Assembly: GCA_964199315.1 (NCBI GenBank)
Contig: OZ116698.1
Location: 16,492,001 to 16,556,000, forward strand
DNA from: Orbicella franksi
Taxonomy: Eukaryota
Direction: 5' to 3'
Length of the DNA: 64,000 bases
The notes under the pieces are model-generated. The model was given only the letters and a program-made list of their open reading frames with translations. It did no database searches and had not been told where the DNA came from. Positions 11,001-21,960 of the stretch are shown here, piece after piece. The translations under genes and the position numbers were made by a program. Within the stretch, counting starts at the first letter, position 1, and each line of letters starts with the position of its first letter.

Positions 11001-14000
11001 TAGTCTCGTTTGATGAGCTCTACAAGTTTCTCTGGACAGGCTAGAAAAATAAATAATTGTGTCATAGAAAATCAAATACAGCTATCACAATGAATAAGAT
11101 GTACACTAAGAGTAAGTACAAATACTTCGGTCTCAACCTTAGTTTGATATTAAATAATCATGATTCCTAACAAGGCCTGAAATTTAAAGCATCAAAGCTT
11201 TCGACCGTATCTTACGGTCCTCTTCAGCAAAGTGAGCTCCGCATTGTCACGTGGCTTCATGTATATTCAGTCACGTGACAACAAGTGGTTAATTCCTGAT
11301 TCGGGGAGTATTATTTAGGAGGACAGCTAGGGATTCGTCCAAGGCAGCCTATGAGATCGTATCGCGTGAAAGTCCTTGAGAAGGAGACCGTAGACATCAA
11401 TAGGAAAATCAAGGAGGTCATCCACATCTTGGAACGAGAATTGCTCTTATTTTTATCCAGAGAAAGCAGAACTTAAAGCACATCAAAGGGCTATTCAAGG
11501 CTTGCTTTCCTGCAACGTAAGATGGAAAATACCTGAAAAAAACACATGCCACTGCAAATCGTATTGACCTTATACTTTTTTCCGTTTACCTTGTTCCAAT
11601 AAACCAATTGTAGTGCAGAATTGTGACAAAACTCACCAGTTAGCATGGGAGTGCCTTGACATGACGCAGTTTCACCGGATTTTCTCGATAATGTTAAGTC
11701 TTCCATTTGTTCTGTGAGATGTTACCCAGAAAAAAAAATAATTATTACAGAAAAAAACCTTACCAACCAACTCATCTGCATCAAATGTGAGCACATTTTA
11801 ACAAATGTACGCATGTCCACGATTGCCGTGTAGTTTCTTGTAGATTAAAAGACCCAGTGCTCAACTCCAACACAGTTGAGGGAACAATTGCCAGTTGATG
11901 GTAAAATCCATTCACCAAGAATTGATTGAGTTGGCGGCTTTTGACGATTTAGTTTGTAAGCAACGGAGCACGTCTTCACTGTGACACACTAGCGGGTCAG
12001 AGTACTTTTAGTTGTCATCTTTTATTGCGTATTAATAATACTCTTTGAGTACATTACTGACTGTTTGTCAAAAATGACTCGGAATTTAAAGCCAAATTGT
12101 TCTGTGGTTGCACACCAATACTACAAAGAATGGTGGTAAAAATGTGGACTGGCATTTATCAGATCAGACTAAAGAACGTGCTAAAGAAAACGGAACCTCA
12201 CCTTAATAAATTTTCTTGGTGGGGTAGGGTCGGGATGGGGTCGGTGTATGGGTGGGGTAAAAACGTGATCATGACCAGAGTATGTAAAATGTCTATTCCC
12301 CTCAAACAAATTTAAAATAATTCTCTTTCAATTTTACGAGGGAAAAAGTTCTCATTTAAATACTTTAATCACCTTGAAGATGATGCACTTTGTCTTCTGT
12401 GCTCTGCTTACTGCTCTCAAACTTCTCTATCCTCTGGTTTACAGCTCCTGTATTTAACATAAACGTTACAAAATGTAAACATGACATGAAAAAGAACACG
12501 TGCAAAAAAATATAACTCTGAGAGCAACTCATGAAACAACTAACAGTTTTTTTATATAAACAAGTACAAAATTACACTACTTTGTTTATTTGAAAAAAAA
12601 AATACAGCTGTTGCTGACAGAAATTAAATAAACAAACTAAGCTTTTCCAGGTATATTCATTTGTGCACAAGCCATGTTACCCCCTTTCGGCTGGCACAAG
12701 CGTTCTCAAAGGAAGAATTGTCCCACCTACACCCCTGGTATCAGGTTAAGCAGCTTCTTGTTTCATTTTGAGTCAGTTTTGCAAATTTGGGTTGGTTGTG
12801 TTGGTACTATTTTGTCTCTGAATCCAACTCATCCACCCATCCTGGGTGTTTATTTTTTAAATTATTGTAATGAGGATGGCAGAGAGGTTTATTGGGATTT
12901 TTTATTATTAATTGTTGTTTAGTAGTTCATCTTCCTAACTACACTTCACTCTGTACCAAAACAAAATTGTGTGTTGTTTTTATAGGATGTTTAGTTTGGT
13001 GAGGTATCTTTATTTATCAGTGTGTTCATACACGTTTGTGAGCATCTTCTGCATGCAGCATTTTGAACAGTTGTCATTTAAATACAAGTTGTTTCAAGTT
13101 CCTAGCTCCAGCCTTATTTACCGGCTTTATCCAACATAGTATATTTTAAAATATTTAATAAATAGTTATCATTACTTAAGATTTACTAAGTCACCTTCAA
13201 AATTATCCATTCTGTCTTCAAATAATCCACTACGATACTCTAAGGTCTGCTGACCAGTCTCCAGCATTTGCACCCTCTGTTCCACCTCTTCTAGAGTTGT
13301 TGCAAAATTTTTCAGTTCATCTTGGACCTTTCTCTTCTCATCTTCAAGTTCAATGGACATGTTCTCCACATTATCTTGTAGTGACTTAAGTTCTTGTTGA
13401 ACCAGTTGTAACAGGGCTGGGTCTATAGGGGAATTCATGCAGAGATGTGTTCCTGCCAACAAGGAAATAAAGAAGATCACCGCCAATTTAATGATTACTA
13501 GATAACAATGGTAGTTTAGAGAGACAACTTTCTGTCGAAGGTATTATGACACAGTCACACCACACACCTGTGTTTTCTGCCCAGAAGGTATTTAAAATAT
13601 TTTAGGGTAATAACCTCTTTGAATAGGTTTTTCTTTTCTGGAAGGAGGGGGAGTGGGGGGAGGGGGTAAATTGGGTGGCCGAAAAAATGGGTTGCACCTG
13701 CCATGATTAAAACTGATCCAAAAAACATCTTTGAGACCTAAGGGAGTTACCTGATCACCCCAAATGCCAAATGTAGTCACTCGTGGGAGGTGGTCACTTA
13801 CAAGAGGTCAGACTGCACAGGGCCTAAATATGAGTCATAACCTGTAGCCCTTTCAGAGGCCTAATTGATACACAAATGCATATGTAAACCCAAAAAGGCT
13901 TTCAAAAAAACAGATTGTCTAAATCAGGTTCAGTAAACTCGATAAACTCAACATAACTTTATTTTGACAACAAGAGCTTTGCTACATGGCTATGTTGTAA

Positions 14001-17000
14001 ACTGAACTGACGACAAGAGCATATGGTCATTCTTAACACTGATTGCCTGATTTTGACAATTGACATTATTTTCACACACATCTTGACTTATATAATAACT
14101 AATAAGAAAAGATTTCATTGCCTCCAGTGTGATTTCCAAATAGTGATACTAATTGAAGGCTTTCGTGCAAAAAGGGCATATGTACCATTTTGGGTCGATT
14201 TTTATTTTTTACAGGATCGAGCTAATTTTTGGCAGACTGACTTGTTTTGACATGAAAAGCATCGTTGCATAATTATTTTTGTTGATTTGCGCTTCATTTT
14301 CGAGAAATAATGTATGCAAAAAACTCAGTTTTCCAAGGGTATCTTTTGGAGATCTTTTGTTGAGCAAAAAACAAAAGAAACCTATGTTTTGCTAAACGAT
14401 GAAGTCACCGAAGCGTGGTAGTTGCCGCTAGTTTTATTATTTATTTAATTATGCAATTCTCTTACAGTTGCTTCGTTAGGACAAGTGGATAAGGCGCTGA
14501 ACAGGCCGCATCCGGGTTTCTTTTGTCGTGACACCAGTTCGATACGAGGTAGGTCGATTTTTTTCTGGTCTATTTCTCTACTTCTTTCAAAAATCAAAAC
14601 ATCTATTTAAAAAGGTCGTGCTGTCAAAGCTGTTAAACGTAACCATTTAAGTTCGCACTGCGTCAAAATCCACCTTGGAAGGATTCGCTCCAAAAGATGC
14701 CGCTTGGAAAACTGAGTTTTTTTGCAAACACTATTTCTCGAAAACGAAGTGCAGATCAACAAAAACAATTACGCAACGATGCTCTTCATGTCAAAACAAG
14801 TCAGTCTGCCAAAAATTAGCTCAATCCGGCAGAAAATAAAAATCGACCCAAAATGGTACATACGCCCTTTTTGCACGAAAGCCTTCAATTGCGGTCTTAA
14901 TGAACCAAGAGACACCCAGAAACATTGAGTATGAGAAATAATTAATGCCCTCGTGTGAGGACAAACTTTATCTTCATATAGGAACTTGTAAGGCATCTTG
15001 TTACCCAGTTGCTGCCTATTGTAATGTCAATATCAAAAAGACAGTCATGAAAGCCCTTATGAAAGTCATGAGTTGTCTGCAAAAATTGGTTGTATATGAG
15101 AGGTGCCAACTATAGTGATTTTGACAAGAAAAAATTTGGTATTTTGGAAGAGCGGTTGCTTAAGAGAGGTGATCATTTAGATTAGAGAGGGTATTCAGGG
15201 AGGTTTCGTGACTACCAAATTATGGTTTCAAACTATATAAAATTATGTGTTAAATAATTTTAGAACTTTTACTCTTATTTATCAGTCATAGTGCAAATTG
15301 CCAGTTCTACTATCAGTTCATTTGCATGTATATGTATTTGTTGTAGCAGATGATTTAGATACATGTATCACATATTGCAGTCAAGGCAGTATTACAACCT
15401 TTTTGGTTTACACAGATATACAGTGACTGTACATGTAAAGCCCATAAGATAAATATCATTATAAATGCATGCATGCACATACATCCTTTATTTAACAATG
15501 TAGGCTACTAATACAGGCAGCTAAGCAGGAGAGCTGATGCAAACCTGCCACTAAGTTATCAAATAACAATATATATCATTAATAACTGCATTGTTAAATG
15601 GAGGTTGGGTGCTTGAGAAATCCAGGAGCTCATCCACCATTGGCAGCCAGCTCTGAGATGGAGACAGCTCCCACAGCAGGCTACTCCTGCCAACCCAGCC
15701 AAGGACCCTGACACAGAGGGGAAATACAGGCACCCATCACACTAATAAAACAGTAGAATGTGAAGGAGAGTATGCAGTGGTGGGGGAAGAGCCTAAATTG
15801 AAAAAAGTCCCCACATTTAAAGAAATGCTCGTGCTCAAGGAAACTCTCACTCCAAGCAAACCACTAAAAGGCACTTTGATCCAAGAGCATGTGGAATCTT
15901 GGTGCACATGCACATCTAAATACCACTGACTGCAAAGGTAAGGCTGGTAGTCTTTGTTGTTACTCCATGAAAATGCATTAAACTGTATCAAAAGTAAATA
16001 ACTAACTAATTAAAAAGACTTACATTCACTCAAAAGAGTTAGATTAACATATTAATTTTACAATGAATGAGCTAAAAAAAGTTCTCCACCAAAAAATCAG
16101 TAGTTAAGCTTGGTCATTAATCACATTTCTCACACACGCTTAACTTTTTCTAACATGCAGTGGAATTCTGATTTTTCAAAACTCCGAGGGAAACAAACAT
16201 AGGCACGCAAGGCGTGCAAGAGTTATTTTTTTGTGTGAAGTGTTGGAGATAGGAGCATTCATGGTACAGTAATGATTTGGTTAACTTGACATTTTTTCTT
16301 TGGTTGCGATGTTACATCGGTCATGGTAAGATCACTAAATAGTAAGCCATAAAATGTTTGACTGAACAAACTACAGTAATCTGACATGTCTCCAGATTAA
16401 TGTAGATACCATCTTATTTTCTAACAGGTAATTTGATTCGTTCTTTGATACAACCCAGTGTGACACGCGCACATGCATAACTCCCTCACTCACCGATCAC
16501 ATAACCCTTCCAACCCCCAAGAGGAATTTTTGCTCAAAAATACTCAAGATAATTTAGGGACTTTTTCGCATTTTATACGAGACGTAAGTTTACCTTTTCA
16601 CACAACACAACACAACACAACACCACTTCACCGAAAATAGAAAGAAAGAGAAAAAAACCTCTGACACTCTGACACTTTAACTTGGTGCCGCGCAGTCTTC
16701 AAAGAACATTTGAACAGTTTTCATACTTTTTACCTTAAGAAATATCGGACTGAAATGAGTATCATCAAATAAAACTATTAAACTGCTACTGCAGAGACGT
16801 AAAAACCGTCCAGAAATGAAAGCTTTTTTGTTTAATATGCTGGAAACAATAGCCGATAACTTGTCAGCTCTAATTGAATTTACTCCCATATAAAAAACAA
16901 AGGTGTTAAGTTACCATTTGTTACTAAAGATAGCAAACATCTCGTGGGAAAGAGTGGTGACAATTCGTCCGCTCTAATTGAATTTACTCCCTTGTGAAAA

Positions 17001-20000
17001 ACAAGAGTGTCACATTGCACATTGTAACTAAAAAACAAAAAATATCTTGTTATATTTGCATGCAACAAGAACAAAACAATCGTTACCCGCACTTACTATT
17101 GTAAACGTTAGAACTGTTTCAAATCTAAAGTCTCGTCCCCTCTAAAACATGTCCTAAGGACTAGAAGCAACGATCCATGACCTCTAATTGAATTTACTCC
17201 TTGTGAAAAACAAAAGTATCAAGTTACCTTTAACTAAAAATAAAAATATCTCATTGCATTTGCATACTACGAACTCACGAACTGTTTCAAACCTCAAGGC
17301 TAATCTCGTTCATTTAACTAAAAGCCTCAGCCTAACACACAGAAAATGTCGAAGTAAACCCAATATATGAATACTTCCTCCTCTTTTATAGAAGAATGAA
17401 TACGGCTGTTCTGAACTTTATTGGGATCAGATCTTCTCACATACCATTTACCTTTACAACAAGAAATTTGATTGACTGTTTATAGTAGATCCAATCTTAT
17501 TGGTGTGACATACATACATCTCTCACTCACTCACTCACTCACTCACTCACCCATTGACCTGTAACATATCCGACACGCCGACTAAGAGGTATTTTTTTAC
17601 AAAAAAATAACTCAAAAGTTAGTTTGAAAATTTGGGTAGTTTGAGAAATCGGGGAGAATTACAGTGTTCGATAGTGGAAGGGGACAACTTTTGGTTCAAG
17701 TTATTGGGTGGTTCAAGATATCAGGATTCACTGAGTGTACATTTTACCTACATTACCTCTAATTTCCCAGTCTTTTAGTTCCCCAAGAAGTTTTCCTTCA
17801 TCTGCAGCTGGCAGGGCCATGACTCTCACTAGGTGTTCCATGTCAATAAAACTTTGTTGATACCTGACGTGATCCCATTTGCTGAAGACACAGTGTGCCC
17901 AATCATTCCTCCCCATTCTGACACCAGCTGCAGCAGTTTGTACAGGTGCCAAGAATGCAGGGACCCCACCAAGTAACGTCAACACAGCAGATGCATCACA
18001 GTGGTCATCAAAGGCATTGAAGTGGGCCATGTAGTTCTCAACATACAGCCTGGCAAAGTCGACATGAGACATCACTCGACAGTCAAACAGAGAATAATTG
18101 AATCTTCCACCAGGAAGTCTGGGATGAACATTATTTCCATTGATGTTCTCATATTTCAACATTTTTCTAGCTGGCCACCGTTGAAGACGTCCAGATGTGC
18201 TCTGTCCCTGAATATTGTGGCTGGTCTTGAGGTTGTTGTATTCAGTGTTGATGCCTTGTTCCACAAACGGACGTATCTGTGGTATGAGGATCTTGTTGAG
18301 TGCTATTCCAGCCACAAGCCATCGTTTCTGATTTTCAGTCACACCAAGATGGCTTGGCCTGAAGGTATAATGTTACACATTAGCCAGGGGAGTACAAAAT
18401 TCCCAAAAGATGGCAGTTTCTCAATAATTTATTGCCATGCTGGTTGGAGAGAAGGAATATTACCTGATTACTTTCCAAGTAATTTCAAATGCAAATTACT
18501 TATAAAACTCTTTAGGGATGAGTTATTTAAACAAAGCGTAATTTAATTTAAGATTTGGTTTACTTGGCTAAATCAAGGTTGAGGTGACTTGGAGTCCTTT
18601 GTCTTCGGGTTACCAAGGTCAGATAGATAGATAGATAGATAAACTTTATTTAAACATGATAATAATTAAAGCTAAAAGCTTGTGGGGTTGTGTATTTAAA
18701 TTTAACTTTGCTAAAAATTTGAAATTACGATTAAAATGTTTAGATTACAATTCCTAGATTTACAATAAATTAATTATTTAATTAATTGCTAACTAGAACT
18801 ATTACTAAGTTAATCTACTATATGATTACAATAACTAACTAAAACTAATTGTATATAAAGTCACTATGTTTGTAGCGGGTTGTCGAAGCCGACAGGGCGG
18901 TAAAGTTAAAATCTTTAAAATAGGCTCTATTTACAGACTGCTTTCTAAGGTGGAAAAAGCTTGAAAAACTTTTATGTTGTTCGTGGTATAAAACTATGTT
19001 CCAAAGGACAGATCCCTTATATCTAAGTGAGTCTTTCATAAATCGCGAGTTAAATCGTGGTATAGAAGAAAGTACTTTCCCTCAGAGCGAATAGCCGTGG
19101 CTGGAGTTTTCAAGTATCGATTTCATCAGGGGCTCGGGCAGGCTGTCGTTGTTTGCCTTATAAAATAGTCTTAGGATGTCGAGCTTATAATACAGGGAAA
19201 AGGTAGACCACTGATCATATTTGAGCACGCCATTTGCCGACATGTCCTTGGGCAAGTTGAAAATGATTCTTGCCGCCCTACAATGTAGTCTTTCTATAGA
19301 ATCAAGTATGTCGGAGTTACAACACAATCCCCACAAAACTAAACCATATTTTACAGATGGTAGTATTACTTTAAAATAAAAATCCTTTAGCACACCCTTT
19401 GGAAGAAATCTGGATCGTTTCAGTAAGTTCAGCTTATTAGCAAAACTTTTCTTGGTCTCAAGTGCCTGAGGTACCCAGCTTAGATTTCGATCGACAGTCA
19501 TGCCTAGCAGGCGCGTTTTTGTAACGCATCTAAGAATTGAGGTTCCTAGTTGAATTGGTGCATGTGGTCCCATCGGGGTTCCTTTACTAAGTAGCATCAC
19601 TTCACTCTTTCCTGGGTGAGGTGTTAAACAATTTGTTAGACACCACGTGTATACTTCCTTCAGGGTCTTGTTTAACTGCGCAATAGCAATGTCCATAGTT
19701 TCTCCTATACAATAAGCCGTTGTGTCACCCTCCTCTATTGTTTTTCCTGGTTTTCTTTACATGCAAGATAAGATTACCCTAGGAGGGGGGTAACCCTATT
19801 TTGCTTGCTTTAAGTGTTGCCCTTCTAGGTTAGGGTCAACATTTTATTCATTAATTAATTAAACCATGTAAAAGCCTATTTTTATGTTGCTTTGTTGTTC
19901 CTAGAAGTCAGTCAATTTGAAAGACCAGGTTGATAACATGTGGTCTTTTAATTCTTCGTATCAAATTGATTCGTGAACGATACATCACATTTCATCATGA

Positions 20001-20926
20001 AAAGAAGCATAAAATTAATATTTAAACACCGAAATGTATCCCTTAAAATATACTCAACCAACCTTGTGAAGAATCATTCTCCTTTGACCTCTTTTGTTTT
20101 GATGCTGGGGCGAAATATCCTAATAAGAATTGCCTTTTAGCAGCCATTATTATTCATGCTTAGACCCAGTTTCCTTTCAATTTCAGCTGAAGTGCATTTT
20201 TTCACCTCCAATTGTTTTTTCTTGTACCTTTCTTTTTCTTTACCTATAACATAAGACTTATTTTGCCTAATCTCTTGAAGAGAATCCTTAGCCGTGAGAA
20301 AATTATCTGATCTTAGTTATTTGTGTTCAGCTACCCGGACAACTACAAGCGGGTGGTCCGCTCATATTACAAGGGGTAGATCTACGTGCTATCCAGCTAT
20401 TATTGAAACCCCTGGTCTGGGTAACAGTTTGGCAGCTGGAATAGAACATTCTCCTGACTAATTAATAGGCAAAAGTAAGTCTTGTCCAAAACAAAGGTTC
20501 GACAGATGAAGGTCCTTCTTGATCAGCCACACAATAAATCAAAAGATAAAAAAAAAACCAGGCTCCTCTTTGCCAAGGAAATGGCATGGACTGCTTCTCA
20601 AATATATCAGACACAACAAGATGAAATGCAAATTCAATGGTGTCAACTTAGTGGCTGATCTATCGAGCATATATACATGTGTACAGCTATGTCAGTAGAG
20701 ATAAGTCCCAGAGATAACTGTACAAACCCAACACATGTAAAGGAAGCCCTAGAAGGGTAATCCCAGCTCCATGTTAAAACAGGCTTTATTGGAAATTAGA
20801 TTACTGGTTTCAATTTCCATCATATGTACCTAAAAAAAATTGAAGTCTACTACATGATTTTCTAATAATAACGTTACAAGACAAACTGACCATTCCTTTA
20901 ACTTACCCAGAGGAAGCTGTAGCCAT
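8045..20926 (-). CDS. NLR immune receptor: HEPN-like N-terminal domain - coiled coil - NACHT - ~14 RI-type LRRs, 6 coding exons, 1341 aa
   Basis: Exons 20907-20926 (MATASSG, phase 2), 17757-18358 (HEPN-like, phase 2->1), 13195-13452, 12373-12447, 11637-11711 (all phase 1-1) and 8045-11040; total 4026 nt in frame with GT-AG sites. Walker A GQPGMGKTT, Walker B ILLVLDGLDE, winged-helix FTHKTFQEFFAA, 28-aa LRRs LTHLxLxxNxIxDxGAxALAxAL. Confidence 0.88.
11186..11432 (+). mobile_element. Penelope-like element fragment (GIY-YIG endonuclease C-terminus) in NLR intron
   Basis: Reads RVKVLEKETVDINRKIKEVIHI (cf. the PLE motif ILDRE....RKIKEAIHI), preceded by a TTTCGACCG..GGTCCTCTTCAG terminal-like sequence. 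Confidence 0.55.
14155..14886. mobile_element. Non-autonomous DNA transposon, 732 bp, ~200-bp TIRs, flanked by AATT on both sides
   Basis: Arm 14155-14352 (GAAGGCTTTCGTGCAAAAAGGGC...) is roughly 90% identical to the reverse complement of 14688-14886. AATT at 14151-14154 and 14887-14890. Confidence 0.88.
17757..18358 (-). other. HEPN-like domain exon of the NLR (R-x4-H motif RNDWAH)
   Basis: ~200-aa predominantly helical-looking domain: TENQKRWLVAGIALNKIL...CDASAVLTLL...VRMGRNDWAHCVFSKWD...LLGELKDWE. RNxxAH is the HEPN RNase signature (established knowledge); family assignment by motif only. Confidence 0.7.
18621..19726 (-). mobile_element. 5'-truncated CR1/L2-group LINE (RT C-terminal half, 3' UTR, (CTAT)n tail) in the intron between the first two NLR coding exons
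   Basis: ORF 19082-19696 and ORF 18845-19039 are in one frame separated by a single TGA. The 5' end starts at the last D of the YADD-type motif (DTTAYCIG). AATAAA and (CTAT)5 tail at 18621-18650. Confidence 0.9.
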
Positions 20927-21069
20927 CTCGTGAATTTTATAATGATGATGAATTACATGTCTTTGACCATCACATTAACTAGCAATGCCTAAATAACAAG
21001 ATACATTAATTTTGTTATATGATATAAATGACAATCATCTTAAAGTTGATTTAACGTGATTTTTAACTA

Positions 21070-21169
21070 CAGTTGGACCCCACTAATTTGAACGCATTTA
21101 TTTCGAACTCCCTCAATTTCGAACAATTTTTTGTTTCCCCGACGAGTTCAAAATAGCAGGGTTCAACTG
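21070..21169. mobile_element. 100-bp Tc1/mariner-type MITE with TA target duplication
   Basis: TA|CAGTTGGACCCCACTAATTTGAAC ... GTTCAAAATAGCAGGGTTCAACTG|TA. Confidence 0.75.
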
Positions 21170-21619
21170 TAGATATACGTGTAATAAAACCAAACCAATT
21201 TAGTAGTCCCCTAGTCCAACAAAATTGACAAAAACAACACAACAAACCAATCCAACCTCAGAGCAATATACACATGACTTAAGCACAAAATATGGGAATA
21301 GACACGTAACCAAGTCACAATGGCTTTTAAGTTTGACATCTGATTGGTTCAGAAAGGCATGAGTTTTGAAACCAATCAAATAAAGAGCACAGCAATTACA
21401 ATAAAGCATTTAACCTATGCAAATGCATGTACTTTCAACTCTTGATTGAAAACCACTCTTATCAAATACTTGCAGTCAACTCTCTCTCTTAAGTGACCAC
21501 TCCATGCATGTGCAGCAAAAAGACTGGTGGTCTCAGTTTTGAGAAAAATATGGAAAATAAGCCAAAAACAGCCTGAGAATGGATCCACTGTAATACAGAA
21601 TGGGTCCACTTATACAATT

Positions 21620-21960
21620 AACCTCTTACTTAAACCATGTGTGAGGGCCAATTACTCAGTAATATTGGCCTGAGGATGTGGCAGTACAGACTGAGCACAG
21701 TGAGGTTTGTACAACAATGACCGAGGGCCATTTGAATATTCCTAATTAGTACTGCACAAGCAAGCTTCAATAGGTTTACTTAGTTAGTAGTTTTTTATAT
21801 GGCACTCTGGCCTTAAATTTACTGGTTTTCAAAAACATAAAATACAGAGCTAATGACGGCCTTTCTATAGGAACAGTCTGTATGGCAAAATCCCGATCAA
21901 GAAAGAACCAATCAGAACACTTGGATTTTCTACCTTGCTACTACCTTGCCATATAATAAA
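21620..21960 (+). mobile_element. Decayed interspersed repeat ending in CTACCTTGCCATATAATAAA
   Basis: AATATTGGCC..GAGG..GTGGCAGTAC..ACTGAGC.CAG.GAGG ... AAAGAACCAATCAGAAC motif string recognised from recall as a recurrent coral repeat; not verified by search. Confidence 0.45.

Noticed and set aside
11041-11065. ORF-track start MTQLFIFLA for the NACHT-LRR protein
   Set aside because: It is the polypyrimidine tract and acceptor (TTTTTCTAG at 11041). In-frame upstream exons exist.
16860-17240. Three dispersed copies of CTCTAATTGAATTTACTCC..TG/ATAAAAAACAA
   Set aside because: Spacing is irregular (~100 and ~210 bp) and the intervening sequences are related, so this is decayed internal repetition of a probable transposon remnant, not a repeat-spacer array.
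8045-20926. Bacterial contamination or recent horizontal transfer as the source of the HEPN-NACHT gene
   Set aside because: Five spliceosomal introns filled with host-type repeats, RI-type LRRs, and flanking eukaryotic housekeeping genes.
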